Assembly (NCBI GenBank): GCA_002633005.1
Contig: NMRA01000065.1
Location: forward strand, 174,420-238,419
Length of the DNA: 64,000 nucleotides
Reading direction: 5' to 3'
DNA from: Phoronis australis
Lineage: Eukaryota > Animalia > Phoronida
How positions within the stretch are numbered: the first letter of the stretch is position 1; each line of letters opens with the position of its first letter. The translations under genes were made by a program, and so were the position numbers. The notes under the pieces are model-generated. The model saw only the letters and a program-made list of their open reading frames with translations. It was not told the DNA's origin and did not search any database. Shown here one piece after another: positions 38,349 through 49,786 of this stretch.

Positions 38349-40632
38349 ATGGAAGGTACTTACAAAAATAGTGTGATCGTATTGACACTTCTACTGTTTC
38401 TGATTTTATGCAACGATTGCAGTGGTGGAAGAATTCTAATCTACCCTCTTTCAATTACAAAGAACAGTTTGTTAAGGAATTTGGAGAAGTTATCGGCCAT
38501 TATATCAGAAGAAGGTGGTCACGAAATTCATGTACTAGCTCACGATGGTTATCAACTACCTCCATTTCTTGTTAAACTCGGAGCAAAGCACATCAAGTAT
38601 TCGCCGTCTTGTGCTGTTGGGGAAATGTGGGGTCATCAAGAAATAATGAGATTCAACCTGTCCACTGCTTATCAAGAGCACAGGAAGCTGAGATGGAGGA
38701 TCGGTCTGCACGGAATGACGGGTAACTGCGAGAGCATACTGAAGTCCACAACAACCATGGATGAAATAACATCTGCAAACTACGACTTGCTGTTGGTCGA
38801 CCCAATGGACATTATGTGTAGCACTGTTCTATCAAACGTGTTAAAGACAACGCCAGTAATTAAGTTCTACACATTCGATATTCACCCGAGGCTCCAGAGG
38901 AAAGAATACCCATACCCGGCGTCGTACTTGTCGTTTTTATTCAGCCCTGATATGACTTTCCTTCAAAGAACTGCAAATGTACTCATGGTGGCTACAACGT
39001 TGCCGATGCAGTATGTGTGGCAGTGGAAGGTGTCCAGCTTTGCAAAGGATTATGGGATTGAAGAGATAGCGGTATGTGAATGCATGCATGTCCTCGTATC
39101 TGTTACCGCCGACTTGATAATGACGTTTATACGAAAAATACTGAGCACCTTTATTGGTCTTATGTTTTTAGGTTTTATGCACAAACTACATCCATCTTTA
39201 GTTAAAACACGACCCTTGTTTTTAAAACATGATTTAGGCTTTTTATACATATCGAAAGCATCACAAATTGAACTCACAAACTTGAAACCGGTTTATACAT
39301 TCGCACTGACCTGACTACATGTCAGAAGGCAAATAGACATAAAATACACATACATGTCAAATTTGCTGTTCATTAACTACCCAAGTATTTCAAGATATGA
39401 CCTTGCACGTTTGAAAGCTTTCAGTGAAAACAAAGTCTGATTTGTAACGAACTTTCCACATGCACAATAAAATCCGGTGCAATATAAATTGACTTGTGCA
39501 CGAAAGACGGTTAATTGTTTCACGTTTCCTTGTATAACAATTCTTCAACAATATGTGGAAGTCACCCCCTAATGTTTCGAAGGGAGTTGTTGAATTGAGA
39601 TTTATGTATTGTGAAATGCAAATAACGTTCTTTTAATGGAAATAAGAATGGTACAAATGTCAGTGTTAGTTCTTTCTTTACTGCCCTTGGGCGGACTTGC
39701 ATTTGCCCATGGAAAAGTACGGCTCACATGCATTTCGTTTTTGTTCAGTTGTACATATGTGCTTTAATAAGTTTTCCTGTTTTCAGCATGATGACAGTCT
39801 TTACTTCGTGCTCGGTGGATTTCCCATGGAAGACCCTGCGCCATCTTTACCGGATACTATACAACTAAACGGAGCTCTGGTCTCGCCAGCCACCCCTTTG
39901 AGTGTAGATCTTGAGAATTTCTTTGCCCAGTTTTCTGATCACGGTGTTGTCTTGATTAGCTTTGGTTCTCTGATAGTGAATTTTGATGAACGTTTTGTTC
40001 AAATATTTATTGAAGCCTTTCGACACCTCCCGTATGGAGTGTTATGGAAGTACGAAGGTACGGATATTAAAGACGTTCCGAGTAATGTACAACTAATGAA
40101 ATGGATACCACAAGCTAGTGTCTTAGCAGACAAACGAACAAAAATCTTTGTTACCCACTGTGGTATCAATAGTATTTACGAAACTGTGCATTACAAGGTG
40201 CCGATTGTAGCAATTCCTGTTTACGGCGACCAGTTTGGAAATGCGCAGAAAGCAATTGATTTTCATAAAATTGGAATTCGTCTTGATTTACACAAATTCA
40301 CTTCTAAGGATTTGTCGACGGCTATAAGGACTGTCGCCGAGGACCGGAACTACAAGAGCAACGTGACAAAACTTTCCAATCAACTTTTAGACAAACCACT
40401 TGTTGGGCGGAGCTTGATTATGTATTGGGTCAACTACATGATAAGACATGGCAGTGCGAGTCACATGAAAGCATATGGTCGCAACCTTCCTTTGCTGCAG
40501 TTTTATTTATTGGACGTCTTCCTCTTTCTGCTAATTGCTTTGGTTATCCTAATGGCCTTGTTGGGCTGTTGCTGTAGGGCTTCTTACAGGAAGTGTTGTA
40601 AAAGGCAAGCTTCGAAGACCAAATCAGACTAG
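38349..40632 (+). CDS. UDP-glycosyltransferase (GT1, UGT), 2 coding exons, 522 aa
   Basis: Exons 38349-39071 (GCG|gtatgt) and 39787-40632 (tttcag|CAT), phase 0. Signal peptide, YDLLLVD, MTFLQRTAN, GVVLISFGS, UGT signature WIPQASVL...FVTHCGINS..E...VPIVAIPVYGDQFGNA, C-terminal TM helix and KTKSD (KxKxx ER retention). Confidence 0.93.
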
Positions 40633-41229
40633 ATGGGTTATCGCACGTTTGAAATTATACCACTTAATTGGCAAACCCTGGAAAATCAATGTTACATTTC
40701 TAAACGTTTTATGCTATACAAAGTCAACCATCATGTGGTTGCTAGCCCCTCTACTCACCTGTACCTTACAGTTTTAATCCTAACGTACAATTGTCGTCGC
40801 CTCTACGTTCTTGTTCCACAGCGCCGTACTGCCCACTTTTAGAACATGGTTGCAATTTCTTTCCGTCCACAAATAGAATTTGAGCCATGCAACCAACTGG
40901 TATCACTGAGTCTACGCCGGAACAATGGACATTTTCCAGAAAGCACTTCATTTGCCAACATTTTCCACCCAACACGTACTTTGTATTTTCATGCACCGTA
41001 CACCTGCTTGTTTGTTTTCTAATACATCAGTTTGTTTTTTTCATACACCAGTTTGTTTTCTCTTTCACCAGCTTATATATCGTTTGCAATATCCACCCTC
41101 TCAGAATTCTCAACTGTTAGCGTGAGGTGATACGAGAAACACAGACAAATAGATGAATAGATACACAGGTAAGTAACAGGAAGTTAAACAATAGCCGTCT
41201 GAAAGCCATCATCGTTCATGTAAATACAC

Positions 41230-43120
41230 TTGCTAAATTTACTAATAGATCCTGCAGTAGGTTTCGTAGATACAGCTATGGGTTCAAAAACTGCCACTGG
41301 GAGGCGCCACACTTGTCGAAGTCACGGAAAATCATCGTCAACCGTCCTATATGGTGCACCATATAGTGACTATTTAACTGTTATCGAGATTCGATGTATT
41401 ATGCGCCACCTAGTGGCCATTTTTACTAATTTTGAATTTGTTTTTGACGTCCGAACCTCTATCAACCAAACCACTCTGAGGCTAAATTTGAAAATTGGCG
41501 TTTAAGTTCTTAGTGTGAGGAGGGCGGTGGCATTCACCTTTAAAGTGGTTTGGTTGATAGAGGTACGAACGCCAAAAACAAATTCAAAATTAGTAAAAAT
41601 GGCCACTAGGCGGCGCATAATGCATCGAATCCGTCCGAAACTGGGGTGATAGCATCATCTCACTAATTGACACCTAGAAGCCAAATTTCTTAACAAGAGC
41701 AACGCGGATCGTTGAAATGCGACCATGAATGCACTGCTAATGGTGTGCTTCTAGGGGTGTTTATTTGGACCATAAAATGGCAACTAGATGGCGCAAAATA
41801 TGTCGAATCCATCCGAGAACTCAAAGCCAGTTACCAAATTTCAGAAAAATCCGTCAAGGAAATTCTAAGAAAACAGGAAAACGAAACAAGGGAATTGCTG
41901 CTAAGAGGCTATAAGCGCAAAAAACATAACTGCCACTAAGAAGCGCCAAAGTAGGTAAAGTCGTCGAAAAATCATCGTCAGACTTCATCTTCACATTAAG
42001 AACATAAATGCCAATTTCCACAACCATCCTTAGAGTGGTTTGGTTGACAAAGGTGCACACGTCAAATACCAAGACTCGAAAACAGCGAAATGGCCACAAA
42101 GTGGCGCAAAATGCCTCGAATTTTACCGAAAACCGGGCGATAGGGTCACCTCACTAATAGATGCCTAACTGCTAAATTTTATGAAAATCCATTGACGGCC
42201 TTTAAAGATAAGAACGTAAAAAAACAAAATTGTCTCTAGGGAGCCCGATCCGTCCGAAAGTTGTCATCCTCTGTTGTCAACATCATATAAATACACCAGC
42301 AAAATTCAATAAAGATCCTGTAGAGCATTTAGGAGATACAGCCATGGGCGCAAGAACAAACAAAACTGCCACTAGGAGGCGCCATAGTAGTCCAAGTCAT
42401 CACAAAATCATCGTCAGCCGCCCTCTTCACACTAAGAACATATATGCCAATTTTCAAAATCATCCCTAGATCAGTTTGGTTGATAAAACGGCGGACGCCA
42501 AAAAACAGACTCGAAAACAGTAAAAATGACCACTAGGTGGAGCAAAGTACCCCGAATCCATTTGAAAACGGGAGGATAGCATCATCTCACTAATAGATGC
42601 TTAACTGCCTAATTTTATGAAAATCCATTGAGGACCTCAAAATCTACAGAGGTAAGCGTATAAAAACTAAAATGGGCACTAAGGGGCACACCATGAGTCG
42701 GAGATGTCCGAAATTTTATTGTCATCCGTCGTCAGCTTCATGGGAACACATCTGCCAAATCTCGTTAAGATCCTGTGAGGGGCTTAGGAGATACTGCTCC
42801 GGACGCCCAGACAGAGATGACGGCAATACGCAACCACATATAAATATGTGGGCGCATAAAAATCCCTTGAAGACCTTTGAAGATAAAGAGGTAAACGCAA
42901 AATAAAAACTAAAATAGCCACTAGGGGACACACCGGTCGATGAATCTGTCCGAAATTCGTCGTTATCCGTCAGCTTCATAGGAACACATATGCCAAATCT
43001 CATTAAGATCTTGTGAGGGGAGATACATCTGCGGACGCCCGACAAGGACGCCAGACGCCCGGACGCCCAAACAGAGATGACGGCAATATGGACCCACATA
43101 TAAATATGTGGACATATAAA
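41230..43120. repeat. Helentron-associated (HINE/DINE-like) element(s) carrying diverged ~135-180-bp tandem monomers
   Basis: Recurrent AAA(A)TGGCCACTAG and AAAATCATCGTCA blocks, an AACAAGAG start at ~41692, GGAC-rich microsatellite, and stem-loop CCACATATAAATATGTGG plus A-run at ~42835 and ~43094. The superfamily assignment is inference. Confidence 0.65.
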
Positions 43121-43635
43121 CAAGAAACGCCACCGTGTATTTTCCAAGACTAAGCGCGATTTTTAACAAGTTGCGTCGTTTCATTTTCTGGCAATAGGGG
43201 TAGTGCCTGTTTGTACATGATCGAATTTTATATCTGCATTCACCGAATTGTTTATGAACAGATTTATAATTCTCTACCTTCATGTTTCGCTAACTCAACA
43301 GTATGAGACAACGCCATAATTTACATACAGTTCGTTTTTTAATATTTCAATTTCCAAAGATTCAGTCCGCCATGGCTTAATTCCCAAAAATTAGTGTGTC
43401 ACAAAAAATCTTTACTCCTTAATTAATTAGTGTCCGTCATAAGTTGTTTTAAAATATATGTTATCAAAGTAAGCACTACTCCCAGATGCTTCATATGCGA
43501 CTATGTTGAACAACCGCCACCAAATCAACTTGAAAATTGGCCCTAGATTTATGTTCGTTCGTTAAGGGTATTTTTGGATCCTTTACACAGTCTTCCCGCG
43601 GCTTAAATCGTATTTGTTAATGGTAAGCGTGAATG

Positions 43636-43688
43636 CTGCCGCCGCCGTCGCCTCCGCCGCCGCCTCCGCCGCCGCCGCCTCTGCTGCT
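43636..43688. repeat. (GCC)n trinucleotide repeat
   Basis: Directly visible imperfect GCC run. Confidence 0.85.
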
Positions 43689-44703
43689 CTTATGCAACTT
43701 CTCGACCGTATCAGGGCGCTAGCGTCGAGTTTGCATTTGTAGCTTGTTACTAATGTCCAACATATGGATATTTAGAAAAGATGCGAAAGGTTCGACGGTT
43801 GTTCATGCGCGGGTACTTTCGATTATTTTCGCAGCTCCTGATGATTCATTCCAAATGTGACTAACATTGTACGATTCGAAATGTCAGCGATGAGGGCATG
43901 TGCAGACTTGGCCTCAGGCTGTTCGGATGATTCGCCTGATAAACGCACGACTTATGTTATGTTCGCTCGGGCATTCAAGCGACAAAAGACCAAGGCTGCC
44001 TTCAAAATGGTTTTACATTTCCGTTCGATTTGATGCCAGGCATATCGGTAACTTTTGTGTCAACGAAGTACAATATCTGGTCTTTTTTGTTCAAAATGGG
44101 GTCACAGGTGTGCAACCCCAATTTAAAACCACACATTTACAAAGACGAACCATATTTCTTGATATTATTATGGCTTCTACAGGAACATACTTACACCATG
44201 TATGATTTTTGGCAGTAGCGACATGCGCAAAATGATATCTAGACACAAAAGTACACAGGCGCTTGAATTTATCTGTTCCTCGATCGCAAATGACGTCACT
44301 CAATACTAAGAAAACATAAAGGTTGGACACTCAAAATTTGTTTACTCAGAATTTTCTACTCAAATGTGCATGGAACTCCACGAAACTACCATCGAACAAA
44401 TCTTAGAATACCTTCTTTCATTTGATCTCTTCAAATTGCCTTCGAGTGGTGATTTGACTACAAAAATGCCAAACGAATGTCAAAAACACAAATTCAAGGA
44501 CCTTATTCCGTGATGTCATGGCAGACGGTCTTCGCACATCAGAACTTTTAGCGGACGCTCCCGAGCTAAATCCGAAAGTCTATTTTCGCGCGCTTTTCGT
44601 CGTCAATCCCTCGACTACTTGGTCATGAGTAGCAGAGAGCACTTTGAAAATATCATTGCCAAATGAATGTAACTACTCATATATTTGTGTCAAATATAAA
44701 TCA

Positions 44704-44866
44704 TCCTGATGCTGTATTGATATGCGAAGTTATCTCAGTGTTATGAAGATTTCACTTTTGGCCAAAGCCATTGAGTTAACTCGTCGTCCTGATGCTGTAT
44801 TGATATGCGAAGTTATCTTGTTATGAAGGTTTCACTTTTGGCCAAAGCCATTGAGTTAACTCGTCG
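44704..44866. repeat. Tandem duplication (~83 bp x2)
   Basis: TCCTGATGCTGTATTGATATGCG...GAGTTAACTCGTCG repeated with few differences. Confidence 0.9.
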
Positions 44867-46409
44867 TAATACTCGCACGGACTGTGTTTCCTGTCCGAGT
44901 GTGTGTCGTGCTTCAACCAAGAAAAGTGCGTGATGTCAAGATGAGAAACAAGATACGCCAGTTTATGCAATAAAATTTTAAGTTAAGGGCTAAAATGAGC
45001 TGTCAGTGGAATAAAATTACAAGTAATCATTAAAATACTTACTTTAACATTTTCAATCAAATAAGTTTTGGATTAGAATTATTGAATTTGAAATGTAGGT
45101 TGCTTGCTCAAACTCGAAGTTTCACCTACATGTACAACCGTTGTACAAGATGAAGCACAATTGAAATCCGCCATTTTTACTATTTTAGGTCCTTGAATTC
45201 AGAGTTTTGAGATTGTTTTGGAAATTCCATCGCCAATTCACCACTCGCAAGGAAATTAATGTGATCAAGGAAAGATAAGGCTTTAAGTTCGAATGTTTAT
45301 GCAATACCAGACTGAGGGAGGTGCACCCAGATTTTATTTGGATTTTGGACAGTTGAAGTTGGGAGCCTTGGCTCGGCAAAGTTTTAGTGTCCAATCTTTA
45401 TGTTTCTTTATATTGTTATGAGTCATCGGGAAATTCAAGCGCCTGTGCAAAAATATACACTCACTTCCGTTAGGCTGTAAAAACATCTACATGTACATCA
45501 AACGCAGGCATCAATTCAAGTAAGCTTACACACAGATATGATGCGACAGACTCCTCCTCAGTGAGTTCATGGATATTTTTAACAATGCACTTGCACTCGT
45601 TTGGGCCAATACTCGAAACTTTTTTATTCCAAACAGTCACAAAAACCGACTTTCATAAAAAATTCGCTATCAAACATCACGTATTTCGAGCGATGCACCA
45701 AACAAAAATAGTACTGAGTAGCCGTTGTTGATGTTGATATAATAAAACATGTCAGAGATTTCCACAAGGACTCCTAGGGTAAAAAATACCGGTTAAGATT
45801 CCACAGATATACAAGGGTGGTTTGCTTATGGCTTGGAAAGATATATTTCGGAAGAAGAAATCAAGAAGACAGTGCCATTCTTTCCAATCTCTTGTAAGTT
45901 TCAAGAACGATCAGAACAAGTTAACTACCTCAGAAATCCGTGCCTTGACATTAATACTGCAGTCTGAACAGCAAAGGTGTGTGCAAAAATCTATGCGTTA
46001 TTTTCAAGTCTGTCTCGAATGTTTACGGTTCGGAAATTCTGGTTGCCCCATACGAGACAACCTACGTTCGCGAGGTGACGTACATGTAAGTTAACTTCCA
46101 AAGGTGAGCTAACATGCCACATTGGTGTGTACATGTATAAGCCTACACGCCGATTACACACGTAACACTCTCAAGTTTGTCATGTTCAAATTGCATCCAA
46201 AGGTCGTTACTGATTGAGGTGACCTGCAGGACAACACACAGCCCCTGGGTGTTGACACCGAATGTTCAAGGTTCGACAACACTGCCACAGGCACATACCA
46301 GGTGTTCAAGTGAACATCGAATGTCGCCGTAATGGTTTTGCAAACAGGTGCAACAATTAGTAGACTTGGTCTTTAAAAGTGTAAAAAGTACTAGTAGGTG
46401 CGCATAAGA

Positions 46410-47173
46410 TTTATACAGAATCCTACACTCGTCTCAGATGGATGACATGGGCAAAACCGCTTGGAAATTTCGTCAAAACCCCGATGATTGCCGAGGGATT
46501 TTCACGAAATTTCCAAGAGGTTTTGCCTATGTCATAAATCTGAGACCATTGTAGGATTTTTCTCACATGAACTCTAAAACGATCTTTTTTGCCGGAAAAC
46601 TCGACTTGTCCAAAACTTTCAACCACATGACGCAACTTTTGTAAAAACACGCTTGTGCAATGTAAAGTAATTCAGTTACTTTTTCTTAATAATTTTATTT
46701 TAATCTTAGCAATTGTAAATTACTTTCAGCTTTCGTAACAAATACATGTATTCCAAGTTAGCCTCTAATATGTAGTCTTTGAAGTTGTAATATTAAAACT
46801 TAAAAAATGTTGATAATTAACAGTCAGCAAGGCTTCGCTGAGTTGGGGCTTGTCTCCGTTTGAATGGACGTGGATATGTAATTCGCTGCCGAAGATGAGT
46901 CCGTTTAAGAAGTTGTTTGCATGTCCTTCCGACTGGGAGTACGTACAGTTGCAAAACCCGATTTGTTAATCATAACCTTGTCACGTTCTCGGAATTCCGG
47001 CATTATTTGGTTGGCGCCCGTTTGGTTGTTTTAGTGTTTTGCAGACGATAAAATGTAGGGCGTGGATTTCTACTTTTCACTACTTTGTGATTCGCCCATG
47101 TAATATCAAAACAATTACGTGCTCGGTGTTATTAACCAGTTGTGTCGTAACACATTCCAGGTCATGTGAGAAA
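46410..47173 (-). mobile_element. Palindrome-terminated non-autonomous element, copy 2
   Basis: Reverse homology to 10290-11120; palindrome at 46419-46558. Confidence 0.7.
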
Positions 47174-48189
47174 TTGTTCCCTACCTTGAATCGTGTTATG
47201 GCTGCAGAATATGACGAACAAACCAGAACCCATTGTTGCATTGCACCTTTCATTATTTTGTAATTAGAACCATGACTAACTGGAAAAGTAAATAGTCAAT
47301 GCGGTAGAGTAAACAAGCCAATTCTTGCGCATTTCTCATGTACGATGACGATGGAGGCATGATTTGGAAAGACATGGATTCTATAGTCCAGTGATTGCAA
47401 TTATGCCGAAAAGGTTAAAATCAAGTTCGCTACATTGTCTTTACGCCAGTTCTTGAGTCGAAAGCAGCGATCCTCAATTTGGCATTATTTAGATTGTAAA
47501 AGATTGTGGAAAATATCAACGAAATTTATTCCTCGTTAATTTTGGTTATCTAATTTTCAGTTTTTGCAAGTTTCTATTTAATGAATGACAAGATTACAGT
47601 TTGTTGGGTCGAGCTGAATATGACCTCGTCACAGAGTTATACATATGTAGATATGTTGAGACAATCTGATTATAGTTTCGTGATTGGCATGATTCAAGTT
47701 ATCTTTTTTGTAATATTCAAGCGCGTGGTCATAAAACAATTTCTTACCATTGAGCAACAGAAAGAAACAACAATGCTATCGCCAGCACCATGCATTCAAT
47801 ACATTCCGCTACATCGACGTGTAAAACGACTTCTTCCAGCAATGTCAGTCTTTTTCTCAAAGAAATGAGACCGCGGCAATCAAGATTGCGTCCAAAAAGG
47901 TTGGAAATAAATCCCCATTTGGAATTTCAAGACAAGATCATTCTTGAAACCGTGTTCCACACATCTTCTCATTTAGTTTGTACGCATGCTCACCTTTGCC
48001 AAAACCTGCATAAGTTGAGACCTAAGACCAAAAACCGAATTTGTATTCGTGAAGGAGCCAATTTCTGAATTTTCGTCTTCGGTCCAAATTTTGGATCTAA
48101 CTTACACAATTGGGTATTTAGTCGTGCAAGTAAGTCATAGTCACTATTCATAAAACTGGGCCCTGGTCTCTATCGTACACAACCTACAT

Positions 48190-48420
48190 GTAGTTGCCAT
48201 TTCCAACACATACCTTCCACCCCTACATGTTACTAGTTCACGTAATTCCCACTCTCATACCTTTGAAAGAACATGATACACTCGCACTGAATATTACGCA
48301 AACTCGTTCTTCGCATCTACCATTTTACTTTGGAATAGACTCCCACAACATGCCATTTCATTAGAAACAATAGAGATGTTCAAGAGTCGCATCTCAAACA
48401 CCAACCTTACTCAGTAAACA
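48190..48420 (+). mobile_element. CR1/L2-group LINE, extreme 3' ORF2 fragment
   Basis: Translates RNSHSHTF...TRTEYYANSFFASTILLWNRLPQH...MFKSRI, matching the SFFPRTIxxWNxLP motif, with one stop. Confidence 0.75.
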
Positions 48421-48860
48421 ATAAAAGTTGTTTTTATCCTGGCCCTAACCCGCACTTTGTTTTGCTGTTATTTCCTCATTTATGCACAGTTCAGTTTATC
48501 AATAACATGCTCCGACATAAAAGGATCGGTACTTCGATCTCTTGTTAAACTTTGGAAGTAGAATGACGGCAAAATGTCAGTCCGCTCCAAGACCAAAGTC
48601 ACACCTGTGTTGACTAAGAGAAATTTTGAGACAATACTGCTTCAACACTTCGCAGTAACCCGCCGTGACAAGCAACTTAACAACCAAATATGAAGCAAAA
48701 TTAATGAAATAAAAGCCTATTCTGACCAGAGTTAGGAACACAGCGAGATCAAGACTACAACACACGCGTAACAGGGTTAAATCGTGTTTTTTACAAAAGG
48801 CGATGTGTCATTTTGACAGAAATGAATCGTATTCACTAAAGAGGTGTGTAAACAAAAATA

Positions 48861-49022
48861 TAGATTATTACATGGCGAAGTCGGTATCCCCCGTTATCTA
48901 GAGCCCGAGTGGATTTTGGAGAATTATCGCCCGAGGGGCGTCAGCCCCGAGGGTGATAATTCTCCAAAATCCACGAGGGCTCTAGATAAGGGGGATAACG
49001 GCTGAGAACATGTAATAATCTA
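48861..49022. repeat. 162-bp palindrome with tandem GA/GA mismatches (probable terminus of a Crypton-like element extending to ~49520)
   Basis: TAGATTATTACATG...CATGTAATAATCTA arms; apex CCCGAGGGGCGTCAGCCCCGAGGG at 48930-48953. Confidence 0.8.
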
Positions 49023-49408
49023 TTTATACCACGTACTAAACGAGAAACATTGCAATGAATCGATTTACCTTTTCTGACTCTCCACGGCTTTGTAACTACT
49101 TTCTATGTTTTTCACGCTAAGCTTCGACCGGGAAATTATCGTCTGCTAAAGTAGGTTACCACTGGTAACTGAATATAATTCTCAAGTCAAAGATCCTGAC
49201 GACACGATACCCGCATTCAAACTAGAGATCGGTGATTTACAAGTAAGAAGACATGAGAGGAAAATTTCTCGGAATTAAGATATCATTTTTATGGAAATTA
49301 CGTGTCTTATTTTTCGGAACGTATAAGCACAGTACAATGCGGTTTGTTGAACGTGCGATTATTGCGCGTGCTCATTTAGTTATTCTATTTTCACTCTTGA
49401 TGACGTCA

Positions 49409-49480
49409 GTCGCTGCGTGGTGTAGTGGTAAAGTCGGCGACCAGCGATATTAGGGTCCCGGGTTCGACCCCGTCCTCGGT
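49409..49480 (+). other. tRNA-derived Pol III promoter-like segment (SINE head or tRNA pseudogene)
   Basis: A-box TGGTGTAGTGG (49418) and B-box GGTTCGACCCC (49461) with tRNA spacing. The acceptor stem does not pair well, so it is not called as a functional tRNA. Confidence 0.55.
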
Positions 49481-49642
49481 TTCCCGCCAAATCGTTATCT
49501 CACTAGTGAGATAACTTTATGGGTTATTACACGGTTATATCTGTCATTTGACGCTAATATTGTGGTATAATTACTAATACGTGATTTATTACATCAGCTC
49601 TTAGCTGCAGAATCAGTAGCAATCGGATGGCCTTGCCTTCTA

Positions 49643-49786
49643 CAGGAGCGGATCCAGAGTTGGAGTTGCAGGGCAGAGTTAGCCAGGATTTTGCCCATGA
49701 GACATTCGCATCTCCGAACTGCCAAATACAATCTGGGAGAGTTTCAGGTTGCATGGTCCCTTTGGCCCCCTCTAAATCCACCACTG
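49643..49786. mobile_element. MITE family C (CAG...CTG termini)
   Basis: CAGGAGCGGATCCAGAG...CTCTAAATCCACCACTG with exact 5-bp TSD TTCTA; homologous to 60310-60456. Confidence 0.85.

Noticed and set aside
39072-39314. C-terminal 80 aa of ORF 38349-39314 (and the N-terminal 30 aa of ORF 39697)
   Set aside because: Intron read-through; the canonical donor at 39072 and acceptor at 39786 join the UGT in frame.
41230-43120. Regularly spaced conserved blocks resembling a CRISPR array
   Set aside because: The context is eukaryotic, the spacers are homologous to one another, the repeats are degenerate, and there are no cas genes. It is a tandem-repeat element.
43636-43688. (GCC)n run as a poly-Ala or poly-Gly coding exon
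   Set aside because: No long open frame, convincing splice pair or recognisable protein context.
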